64,000 nt of DNA from Perna viridis (Eukaryota), in NCBI GenBank assembly GCA_037379345.1, contig CM074518.1, positions 26,226,001-26,290,000 on the forward strand. Reading direction: 5' to 3'. Under the pieces are notes generated by a model that saw only the letters and a program-made list of their open reading frames with translations, searched no databases and was not told the origin of the DNA. Of the stretch, positions 43,311-54,399 are shown one piece after another. The position numbers and the translations under genes are program-made. Within the stretch, counting starts at the first letter, position 1; the number at the start of each line of letters is the position of its first letter.

Positions 43311-44088
43311 CTAAAAAACGTAAATAAATTCTCATTCACGGAGAAAAAAAACGTGTGCTTTTTCTGTTTTATTTTAAAGCATTTTTATTGACATTTATAT
43401 TACATATTAATGTAAGATAGCGCACACATGTTGATGCCTTTTTTGGTCTGGATGTTGAGGAGTTTCTACATTTTTGTTTTACGATGCAAACAAACTTGGA
43501 TTTACTGACAGAAGTCACTGGAATTGTCGTTTGGGATGTAGGTCATCCACTCTTTCTCACAACACAAATGCGTGCATTCGAAACATTGCAAAGTATTCTA
43601 ACTAAAGCGGTAGCTGTCATTCTTTTAAATACTTTGCCTGAATGTCACACTGTACACTCTCTGTATCTGGCTGTTACATATTTTATGGTTGTACTTAGCA
43701 TTTCATTAATCAAGTGTATCGATTGCTTAACGGTAGGCTACTGGCTACTGAGTATAACATTAAGTATACACGATTTGTCATTCTCAGAATAGTATTACAA
43801 TATCCTCAAAGATAGATTGTATCGATCTAAATTGCATGTCTTTACTTGTTTCTAATGTTTTCATCGAGGTTGTTGTGATTTTTGATTGATACCCTTATGT
43901 CTTTAGTCGGAGTTTGGAATCTTTGGTAGCGTGTAAGTAATGGTATTTCATTTCAATTGAATAATTCGTTGCTGTTTTATGTTGTAAAATGTGTACATGA
44001 CAGACAAAGAAGACAACAAGACTCCGGTGTTACCTAGCAAATCACCTTTACACAGCCGCAAAGGTTTGTTGATCATCCCATTATTTAC

Positions 44089-45516
44089 TACATCTTTAGA
44101 AACTTTGAATTTAACAATCTAGTATTAGTCATAAATATGTTTGAATGAATTGACCTTGAATTCAACTAGCAATGACACATGAACAAAGTGTTTTTTAATA
44201 TCTATTCGCTTTAAGTACAAAATATCTGTATTTATTTAAATCATCAATTCATCTAAGTCTCTGTCAGACTACCTAACGCAACGCATTATTTTCTTTCACT
44301 AGCATTTACAAAATTTAATGTTCATGTACCAGCCATATTGCAGCCAATCTCTTATTGGCTTATAACATGCAAATAAGTAGTATGATAACTGATTGAAAAT
44401 TAACAAGAAATCTTTTTGAAAGAAACAAAGTTTTTCTTTACAGAAGATATGAGTCCTATTAAAGGTTGCAATCTAGCATCAGTATCGGTCCATGACAGTA
44501 ATTCGGACACACACGAATTAGTTCCCCTACTTGGTATGTAATATTCAAATAAATACTTTACATGTGAATTTCATTGAAAATTTCATCAGAGGTATTGTAC
44601 AATCACTTGGGTAAATCTAGAAAAATAAATTTAACATGTTAAATCAGAGACGACAGCTTCTTAATCTGCTTACTAAGTTTTCACCAAAAATAGCCTCTCC
44701 TTAGAGAGTATAAAAAAGTGAAAGTTTGCAAGGAAACTGTAAATTTTATTTTGAAGATATTTCATTCAAAAACCAAAAACATACAAATTCAATAAATTTT
44801 GCAATACATCTTTAGAAACTTTGAATTTAACAATCTAGTATTAGTCATAAATATGTTTGAATGAATTGACCTTGAATTCAACTAGCAATGACACATGAAC
44901 AAAGTGTTTTTTAATATCTATTCGCTTTAAGTACAAAATATCTGTATTTATTTAAATCACCAATTTATCTAAGTCTCTGTCAGACTACCTAACGCATTAT
45001 TTTCTTTCACTTGCATTTACAAACTTTAATGTTCATGTACCAGCCATATTGCAGCCAATCTCTTATTGGCTTATAACATGCAAATAAGTAGTATGATAAC
45101 TGATTGAAAATTAACAAGAAATCGTTTTGAAAGAAACAAAGTTTTTCTTTACAGAAGATATGAGTCCTATTAAAGATTGCAATCTAACATCAGTATCGGT
45201 CCATGACAGTAATTCGGACACACACGAATTAGTTCCCCTACTTGGTATGTAATATTCAGATAAATACTTTACATGTGAAGTTCATTGAAAATTTCATCAG
45301 AGGTATTGTACAATCACTTGGGTAAATCTAGAAAAATAAATTTAACATGTTAAATCAGAGACGACAGCTTCTTAATCTGCTTACTAAGTTTTCACCAAAA
45401 ATAGCCTCTCCTTAGAGAGTATAAAAAAAGTGAAAGTTTGCAAGGAAACTGTAAATTTTATTGTGAAGATATTTTATTCAAAAACCAAAAACATACAAAT
45501 TCAATAAATTTTGCAA
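44089..45516 (+). repeat. Tandem duplication, about 715 bp x2, each unit with a candidate 90-nt phase 1-1 exon (44444-44533; 45155-45244)
   Basis: Units 44089-44804 and 44805-45516 are nearly identical; tacag|AAGATATG...CTACTTG|gtatgt in both. Confidence 0.9.
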
Positions 45517-46177
45517 TATGTTCCATTTAAATATAAGGAGCACATGGGTTTTGGAACATTCCAAATGCACATCCAAATATATTTATGGAAAACTGTGAAT
45601 CAAAGTAACTACGGAATGTCGATTTAGGTACAGGGCATATATTTTCTGTTTCATACTAACTGTTAACATTAAAGACAAAAATCTGAACAAAATAGTATAT
45701 TATGAAGTTTTGTTTTACCAATAGCAAATGAATATCACAGAAACAAATATTTGATATGATTTATTTATCTGCCTGAACTAATGAATATATAAAACAAGCA
45801 GATGTTCCCCTCCTTTTAATCATTCATCGATTAAGTGTCAACCAAATTAGCCACAAATATCAAATTTCTTTCATACCAAATTACTTTGTTAAATTAATCA
45901 GCAAAAGTGGTTTCTAATTTGTTTGGTTAAATCCAGCTCAAGTAGGTTTTCCATGATTTTAGAAACTTGAACTAAAGAAAACAATGTGTCTGACTGAATT
46001 TCTAGAATGAGGTAGGTTGCAGAAATCATATCATGAAAAAACAAGCCCAAGTTCATCGTGCATACATACACAAACATATACACACATTTGTAGACAAAAA
46101 GAAACATACTATTTTCATTTTGTTAATATATCATATCAATTAATGACGATAATTCGAATGCAAAACACCATCCTAAC

Positions 46178-46299
46178 AGTAGTGTGAAAATGACAATTCT
46201 GCCCCACATGCAGAAATCCTGCATAAAATCCCCAACCCCGACGGTCAAATGCAAACGGACGGCATCCCTATTGAGCATAGGGTAAATACAAGAATTATG
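46178..46299 (+). repeat. Left terminal inverted repeat
   Basis: Exact reverse complement of 59425-59546; similarity extends about 11 nt further with 2 mismatches. Confidence 0.97.
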
Positions 46300-49200
46300 T
46301 CTTTCGCACAGAGCATAAGTCAGGTCGCCCCAGAGGATAGTGCGGATGTGGATAAGGACACCTTAAAGAGAAGTGTGTCACAGATTGAAATAAAAAATAA
46401 AGGGATGGCATCCAATAGTGAAAATATGGATCGCTTACAGGATTTCTTTCTGAAGAATCAAGAAGATTTGGAGGATACCATTCCAACCCCAATCCCCCAA
46501 AAGCAGCAGCAGTGCTGCGATAACCCTAGCATAGCGCAGATGGATGAGCATACCCATATGTGTCAAAATTGTGGTGCGCAGTCCGCCAAGCCGCGATTTG
46601 AGCATCAACCAGATGGGGAGCAGAAGACCACCTGCGATTATCCACTGAAAAGGAAGAAGGGGCAGTTCTGCAAGAGCAAGCCCGGGATGGGTGGTCGCTG
46701 CTGGAGGCATAGCAAGCAACCACGCCAGCAGGAGGAAGAGGTCATCCCAGTCGAGGGGAAGATGGTGGTCAAAGAGACCATGAAGACCCTCCGTCAAATA
46801 GCTAAGGATGAGGGTCAGAGGGGATTCAGTAGGAAGAACAAGGAGGCCTTGGTGAAGCTCATCGAGGAGAAAACCGCCCGTAAATGTACCCGAAGGGAAG
46901 TCTTCAGCAAGAAGCAGCTGAAAGCACTCGCCAAGAATCGCGGGCTCACCAGGTACTCCCGGCTCAAGAGAGAGGATCTACTCCAGCAGGTGGAAGAGAG
47001 CATCAGAAGCGCCCCAGTCGAAGAGGAGATCAAGATCACCGATAGGCTTCAGCCACTGAATGGTGTATTTGGCACAGTCGTCATCGAACCCTTGAAATCG
47101 CATGACGTAGCTACGTTTCTCAAGGTAAGTCGAAGCACAATCTCCACCACCATCTCTGATGCTCTCACCGAAAAGAAGGGATTGAAGGTCCACTTAGTGC
47201 TTCTAGCAGAGCTGGTAAAGACCAACCCCGCGACCGGAGAAAATACCTACATCACCCCCTACTTCAGATCGGGCCTTACTACCCTCTTCGAATCCGCAGA
47301 CCTCGATCTGGAGATTGCGTTCATGATGGAGAAGATCAAGGAAAATATGGCTAAATACATGCGGGAAGGGAGCGGATGGACTTTCGGACACGTTGAGAAA
47401 CTTGAGATCCACCTCAACCAATTCAAGCCTCTCAAGGGGGCTTCCTTCATACCGACCCCATCAGCACTCGCGAAAAAGAAGGCGATCATCAACGTGCAGA
47501 ACGAGGATCAGGAGTGCTTCAAGTGGGCTATCCTCTCCGCGCTTCATCATGAGGACGTGGATCAGAAACATGCCAATCGCCCCAGTCAGTACGTGAAGTG
47601 GGGGATGAGCTCAAATTTGAAGGCATCGACTTCCCGGTTTCGCTCAAGGCGATCGATAAATTTGAAAGGCAGAATCCTACCATCAACGTCAACGTCTTTG
47701 GCTTCAATGGCGTAAAGAAGGGTGAAGATGAAAAAGAGGATCTCCAGGTTTACCCCCTCAAGATATCGAAAAATACAGGCCCCACCCACGTAGATCTCCT
47801 CTTCCTGACCCGTGAAGGCAAGCAGCATTATTGCTGAATCAAGAGCCTATCACGCCTTCTGACAGCGCAGGTCACGAACCACGATGGACAAGCGTACTTT
47901 TGCCGAAGATGCCTCTCCCACTACACCAGGCAGGATCTATTGGACGATCATATGGAATATTGCAGCCAGAAGGATGCAATCAGGATCGAGATGCCGGAGG
48001 AAGGATCCGCCATAGCCTTTCACAACCACAAGAAGCAGATGAGAGTCCCATTCGCGATCTATGCGGACTTTGAATGCTTCACGGAGAAGATCGATACCTG
48101 CCAGCCCGATCCGACCAAGTCCTACACGAAGCAGTATCAGCAGCACCGACCATCATGTTTCTGCTATCGCGTGAAGTATGCCCACGGCGACTACAAGGAA
48201 TCGGTCGTCTACTGCGGGGAAGATGCGGCTAAGAAATTCGTGCAGTGCATCGAAGAGGAAGTTCAGACGATCAGCAAGATATGCAAGAAGAAGTCGATGG
48301 TGATGAGCGACGAGGATAAGGAGGGCTTCGAATCAAGCACGAACTGCCACATTTGCGGGGGTGAATTGGAAGGGGATAAGGTGCGGGACCACGACCATCT
48401 CACCGGGAAGTATCGGGGCGCGGCACACAACCAGTGCAATCTAGATTTTCAGCTTCTGAAGCACATGCCCATCCTCTTGCACAACCTGAGTGGGTACGAT
48501 GCCCATCTTTTCGTGAAGGAATTCAGTGGAGGGAAGATCACCTGCATCCCCAATACGGATGAAAAATATATCAGCTTCTCGAAGCAACTAGAAGATGGTC
48601 TGGAAATGAGATTCATCGACTCGTGCAGATTCATGCTCAGTTCCCTCGAAAATTTAGCAAAGAATCTCACACCCGATAAATTCAAGGCGGTTAGGGAATG
48701 CTTTGGCGACAGGTATGAGCTGATGATTAGGAAGGGGGTCTATCCCTACTATTACGCCGATGGGCCTGCCAAGCTTGAGGAGACCCAGCTCCCACCCAAG
48801 GAAGCTTTCTTCAGCACGCTCACCGGTGAGATATCAGCGATGAGGACTATGCGCACGCTCAGAGAGTATGGGAGGCCTTCGAGTGCAAAACCCTGCGAGA
48901 TTATCACAATCTCTACCTAGAATCCGACGTGGCCATACTGGAGGATATCTTCGAGGATTTCAGGGATATCTGTCAGACTCACTATGGGCTTGATCCTGCC
49001 CACTACTTCACACCCCCAGGGCTAGCCTACGATGCCGCCCTCAAAACCACCGGCGTCAGATTGGAGCTGCTCTCCGATTCAGACATGCTCCTGATGTTCG
49101 AGAGGGCAACCAGAGGGGGCGTCGCCATGATCTCCCATCGCCACGGCAAGGCTAATAATCCCTACATGGCCGACTACGATAGCTCCCAACCCACCAAATA

Positions 49201-50413
49201 TCTCACCTCGACGCCAACAATCTCTACGGTTGCGCGATGGCACAGCCCCTTCCCTATGGAGACTTCGAGTGGATGGAGCCGGAGGAAATCGAGAAGGTCT
49301 TGGAGTATCCTGACGATCACGAGTACGGAGCCATGGTGGAATGCGATCTGGAATATCCGCAAGATCTTCACGACGCCCACAATGACTACCCTCTCGCGCC
49401 GGAAAACGTGGAAATCGACAAGGTGCGCAAGCTCGTGCCTCATCTGGGCAAGCGTGAAAAATGTACCCTCCACTATCGAAATCTCAAGCTCTACTTATCG
49501 ATGGGCATGAGCTCGTCAAAGTCCATCGCATCATAGGGTTCAGGCAATCTCCCTGGCTCAAGTCGTATATCGAGCTGAATACAAAGCTTCGAGCCGCAGC
49601 CAAGACCGACTCCGAGAAAGAATTTTTCATGCTGATGAATAATTCGGTCTTCGGCAAGACGATGGAGAATATCCGAAAGCGCGTCGACGTCAGGCTAGTC
49701 ACCACCAAGAAGCAGGCCCTGAAGCTCGTGGCCAAGCCCAACTTCGATCGCCGAGTCGTCTTCACTGAGAATCTAGCAGCCGTCCATATGAAGAAGACCA
49801 AGCTCAAGTTCGATAAGCCCGTCTACCTAGGAGCGTGCATCTTGGATATCTCGAAGCTCCTGATGTACGACTTCCACTACGGATTCGTGAGGACGACGTA
49901 CGGCGATAAGGCCCGGCTGCTCTTCACCGACACCGACAGCTTGGCCTACGAAATCCAGACCGCCGACTTCTACAAAGACATCGCGCCACACGTCCAGGAA
50001 AAATTCGATACGTCCAACTATCCGGCCGAGCATCCCTCCGGCATCCCTACTGGCGTGAATAAGAAGATCATCGGAAAATTCAAGGACGAGTGAGGCGGCA
50101 AGACCATGACCGAATTCGTGGGGCTCCGCGCAGAACTATACGCCTTCAAGATGGACGACGGTAAGGCTACGAAGAAGGCGAAGGGAGTCACCAAAAGCGC
50201 AGCATCGCCTTCGATGACTACAAGCGCTGCCTTGACACCCAGCAGGAGATCCATCGCCCGATGAATATCATCCGGAGCCATCTCCACCAGATCTACACGG
50301 AGCAGATCAACAAGATCGCTCTCTCCGCCAAGAACGATAAGCGCCACATCCTCCCCGACGGCATTAACACCCTTGCCCACGGACACTATCGGATCACTCA
50401 CGGCAGCAATTGA
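46297..50413 (+). pseudogene. pPolB: Protein-primed family B DNA polymerase polyprotein (N-terminal Zn fingers and HeH repeats, terminal protein, vOTU-like protease, exonuclease with EndoVII-like insert, palm); start may be 46426
   Basis: EGSGW; NEDQECFKWA...HYC; YADFE; RDHDHLTGKYRGAAHNQCNL; HNLSGYD; RKGVYPY; DANNLYG; MNNSVFGK; FTDTDSL; KKAKGV. About 5 frameshifts, stops at 47835 and 50091, and the motif-B Lys reads Met. Confidence 0.95.
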
Positions 50414-50493
50414 GGTAAGACCCCTCCCCTCTGCACTTAGCAGGCTCTGACGGGTGCGGATGCCCATCCCGCACTTAGCCCGTACCTAGATAA

Positions 50494-50907
50494 ATGAGCA
50501 GCATACGCGTGCACGGCCTCCTCCTCCCCCATAAGCCCCTCTCCAATGTAGAGCTCGAGGAAGCCACCAAAGCCCTAGGCATCCATCGATTCAGAGGAGT
50601 ATTCATGCGCGATGCACTACCATCCAACCCCCATCCCGCCGAATGCGGCATCCTGAATCACGACGATCGCAATGGCCCTGGCACGCATTGGACGTGCTGG
50701 CATAAGTGTGGAGGATTCAAAGTCTACTTCGACCCCTATGGCCTACCCCCACCCGACGAGATGGTCAACTATCTGCGGTCGGAGATTCGATATAATACCG
50801 ATGAGCTCCACCGGCGCGGCGACGTGGTATGTGGACACTTTTGCCTGCACGTCCTGAAGCTCTTATCGGAAGGTCGGACGCTCGAGGAGGTGATCTTCGG
50901 ACTATAG
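50494..50907 (+). CDS. PRO: Adenain-like cysteine maturation protease
   Basis: FRGVFMRD..., GTHW (His), YFDPYG (Asp), VVCGHFC (Cys). Frame open; the oxyanion-hole Gln position reads His. Confidence 0.92.
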   Translation: MSSIRVHGLLLPHKPLSNVELEEATKALGIHRFRGVFMRDALPSNPHPAECGILNHDDRNGPGTHWTCWHKCGGFKVYFDPYGLPPPDEMVNYLRSEIRYNTDELHRRGDVVCGHFCLHVLKLLSEGRTLEEVIFGL

Positions 50908-50911
50908 ATAA

Positions 50912-51388
50912 ATGGATAAGTTTGGATCTCACTCGAGAAAGCGCATGCCCGTCTGGCGGATGCTCCAGGATCTCGATATGAATGATAATCGCATCACTAG
51001 TCTGGGATTGCCACGGGATAGCTCGGACGCGGTCACGAAGCGATGGCTCAATCAGCAGATGAAAGACGGTATGAAAGACCTCGAAGAGCTAGATTCGGAA
51101 ATGAAGCAGATGCAGATGACCATCAAGCGGATGCAAAAGGAGTATGACGCATCCATCAAAGACCTTACCAAAAAGCTAATGACCGTGGAAGATGGTAAAG
51201 TCGATAAGTCGGAGTGCGTCTCGACCAATGGCGGCTTGATGACTAAGGACCTAAATATGCAAAAATATCACCTGCTAAATCTCCCTCTCTCCAGGACCGA
51301 TAATGAGCCCATCACGAAAGCTCTTTACGATCGCCTGCAGGAGGATCTAAACGCATTAAGGGTCTTCGTCGAGCTGAAGCATGCATAA
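50912..51388 (+). CDS. Coiled-coil protein with two fibre/neck-type repeats (putative virion fibre)
   Basis: DLDMNDNRITSLGLPRDSSDAVTK and GGLMTKDLNMQ..LLNLP..TDNEPITK flank a heptad coiled coil. Confidence 0.6.
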   Translation: MDKFGSHSRKRMPVWRMLQDLDMNDNRITSLGLPRDSSDAVTKRWLNQQMKDGMKDLEELDSEMKQMQMTIKRMQKEYDASIKDLTKKLMTVEDGKVDKSECVSTNGGLMTKDLNMQKYHLLNLPLSRTDNEPITKALYDRLQEDLNALRVFVELKHA

Positions 51389-51437
51389 ATCAAGACTTTC
51401 TGGTCTCCCTTGATCGAGACCGGAAAGCCTGGGGAGA

Positions 51438-52862
51438 TCATTGCCAGTCGGACTCCTTCACCCAGGAATTGAAGGTTTTGGGATATCCTCTCCACTTGAT
51501 GCGGATTTCTTTCTTCCTATTCCGGATGCGTCGGTTCAGGATTTTCTCGATGCGAAAGATATCCTGGTCGGTGCGCTGGAGCTCGGGCTCGTAAAAGGAT
51601 CTCTCGATTTCCTCACCCTTATAGTCTTTGAGGCGATAGGTGGGCGGCTGCGTCGCTAGGGCCTGGGCGATGGTAAAGATCTCCGTTCAACCCGGAGTAT
51701 ATCCCTTCTCGAAGATGCCCTTCTACTTGGTGATCCGGACCTGATCGCCGACGTCGAATCGCTGAGGCTGCATAGGTGGGAGGTCTCCGTAGATATTCCA
51801 GAAGACCTTGGCCTCGTGCTCTTTCTCGCTGGCTGCGATGGGGGTCATCTTGATGGATCGATGCTTGGAGGTATTATACTGGCGGACGAGATCGTCCAGG
51901 ACGGGAAAGTAGGAGCGCGTGGAATTGGCCGGAAAGTATTTGAACATCTTCTCCTTCATGGTACGATTCCAGCGCTCCACCACGCTCGATTTCTCTTCAT
52001 TCTCGGTGGAGTAGAGATCGACGTCGTGCTTCCGGAGCAGATCCTTCACCTCGCGATTATAAAATTCCGTGCCCTTATCGGTCCAAAGCTTCTCGGGCGT
52101 GCGATCCTTGAAGACGGTCCGGAAGGCATCTCGCACCGTGGCGCCTTTCTTATCCTTGAGCGGCACCAACCAGCTGTACTTGGAGAAGACGTCGATGATG
52201 CTCAGAAGGTATTTGAAGCCTCGATTATCGCGGGAGAAGGCGCTCATATCTACGAGAACGGCAGACCAGGTATCATCCACCCCACCTACCACGACGCGGC
52301 GCTTCTGAAATTTGTGCCGGACTGGCTTGTGCAGCTCTTCGGCTAGCTCATCCGTCCATCGGACTTTTTTTTCCCCCACGCCCAGCCCAAATCGTGCTTT
52401 GGTGCCGATGATGGGTCTGACGATGCCACGCTCGAGGCGCTCGCGTGCGGTGGGATTGGGGATGGCATCGAGGGAGGCTAGCATCGTCTTATCGCAGATC
52501 GAATTGCGTGCGGCCGTATCCTTATGCTTGGCGTAGCAAAGATCGTGGCGGTAGGCGGCCTCATCGACTCGGTTGATGGGTCTAGACCAAGGTTTGGGGG
52601 TGCCGTCGGCATTGAGTCGCTGGCTGAGTCTGGTCCCCGGACCGGTGAAATTATGCCCCGGCAGATGCATCTCGACGGGCAGCCGATTGATCATCTTATT
52701 CATGAGTCCGGCGCCACTCTCCGTCTTGATGAATTCCGACTTCCGCGCATCGCACTTGGCGCAGGTCCCCACCTTCCGCCGCCGCCGTCCGTCGTCGCCC
52801 GTGATCACGGCGCGATTATTCGTATCCGTCTTCTTCTTACACTTCAAGCAGTACATTCCCAT
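51438..52862 (-). pseudogene. INT: Fusion protein: Zn ribbon + parvovirus-type PLA2 + retroviral-like integrase + chromodomain
   Basis: YCLKC...CAKC; HNFTGPG...AYRHDLCY; WSA(V)LVDM...IDVFSK...TDKGTEF...VERWNRT. After stops at 51723 and 51687 the frame continues FEKGYTP...FYEPEL...FRIEKIL...KWRGY...NSWV*. Confidence 0.93.
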
Positions 52863-52875
52863 TTTATATAGATAA

Positions 52876-53639
52876 ATGGACGTTGAAGATCTTACCTACG
52901 ATGAGCCCGCCGCGAGTCGTCGGTATAACCATTATCTCCTCCCGCAGCGATCCATCCGAGGTCTGATCATCGGGAAGTCAGACTGCGGCAAGACGACTCT
53001 GCTGAATAATCTCCTCCTGCGCGATGGATGGCTCGATTACGATCGCCTCTACGTCTTCGGAAAATCGCTCCACCAGCCCATCTATCAGCTGCTGCGGCGG
53101 GCGCGGGGAAAGGATTTTCGAAAGACGATATCCGCGACCTTCTCTCCATCAAGCATCGCTATCCCCACTCTCTGGTCGACGTGGTGCAAATGATGAAGCC
53201 GCCGCCCAAGCCTAGCGGTATCGAACCCTTCTTCTTCGAGGAGGCGAGCGACATGACCGATCCTCGAGAGCTCGATCCCGCCCGCAAAAACCTCATGGTC
53301 TTCGACGATCTGATGCTGAGCAAGCAGACCAAGTGCGAGGATTACTACGTGCGCGGTCGCCATAATAACGTCGACTGCTTCTACCTCTGCCAAAATTACT
53401 TCACGCTCCCGCGGCAATCGATCCGGGAGAATGCCAACTTCATCTGCCTCTTCGAGCAGGATGCTAAGAATCGCGATCATATCCGCCGGGACCACTGCGA
53501 CGATCTCACCCCAGCCCAATTCGATGCCTTATGCGACCACTGCTGGGCTAAGCATCACGGATTTATGACCATCGATCTCACGAGCCCCAAGACGGCTGGA
53601 AAGTATAGGTGCAATCTAAACGATTTCTATCGAGTCTAA
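52876..53639 (+). pseudogene. ATP: A32/FtsK-like genome packaging ATPase (one frameshift near 53100)
   Basis: Walker A IIGKSDCGKT, Walker B LMVFDD, RGRHNN motif, QNYF..P...IRENAN. Confidence 0.93.
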
Positions 53640-53647
53640 GATAAAGA

Positions 53648-54331
53648 ATGGATCACTTGAAGGAATTTTTCCTGGAGAATCAGTTCGAGCTAGAGAAAGG
53701 TCGATCTCCATCGATCGCTGAGTTAAGGGGATACCTCTTGGATATACTCTCCAAGCCTCCCTGATGGCTGGATAGGTGCGAGGGGTGCTCTGCGGATCAC
53801 TATTTTGGTCGATACGGGGAAGAGTGTGAGTGCAAACTTCACGGCGATATTTGCCACCCCTGCATCCGCCAGCATCTGGGCCAATTTGGAAAGTGCGAAT
53901 GCCGCTGCCGCCATAGCCTTGAGGATGACTTCTGCAATAAGTGCGGACTCACGCTCATTCGCCGCATCGATCATCAGGATTTCGAAGGAAGGACCTATAA
54001 TTCTCACTCCAACCGCAAACCTAAGCCGCCGCCCGGACCCCCGTGCCCCGTCAAGACCGTCCGCGGCCATCAGTGCACGTATCCCTCCATACCGGGCAGT
54101 GATAAGTGCAAGAGGCATTCGAAGCTTTTCCCTGGGAAATGCTATCGGTGCGGGGTCTCAATCGCCCGCGGTAAGGCTTTGCTTCGTATCCACGACGAGA
54201 TTATACCCAAATTTGCCACCTACTGGTCGGGCGTAAACGTGAGGATGATGGGGGAATGCGATCTCCTCAAAGGCGTGAAGAGGATCGACCGCGAGCCCTT
54301 CTGCTCCTCCAAATGCATGGAGAGTGCGTAG
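53648..54331 (+). pseudogene. Cys/His-rich multi-zinc-finger protein (228 codons, one premature TGA at 53762); absent from the ORF track
   Basis: MDHLKEFFLENQFELE...*WLDRCEGC...CECKLHGDICHPC...CECRCRH...FCNKCG...CPVKTVRGHQC...KCKRH...CYRCG...FCSSKCMESA*. Preceded by TAAGATAAAGAATG. Confidence 0.8.
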
Positions 54332-54399
54332 GATCTTCGGGAATCCACGGTTTTTGAATCCCGCTGAGGCAGGAGGCAAAACGCATGGGAGATGGCTTG

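Noticed and set aside
53762-53764. Selenocysteine or programmed read-through at the in-frame TGA of the Cys-rich gene
   Set aside because: The element has eight other premature stops, a single substitution explains this one, and no convincing SECIS was seen.
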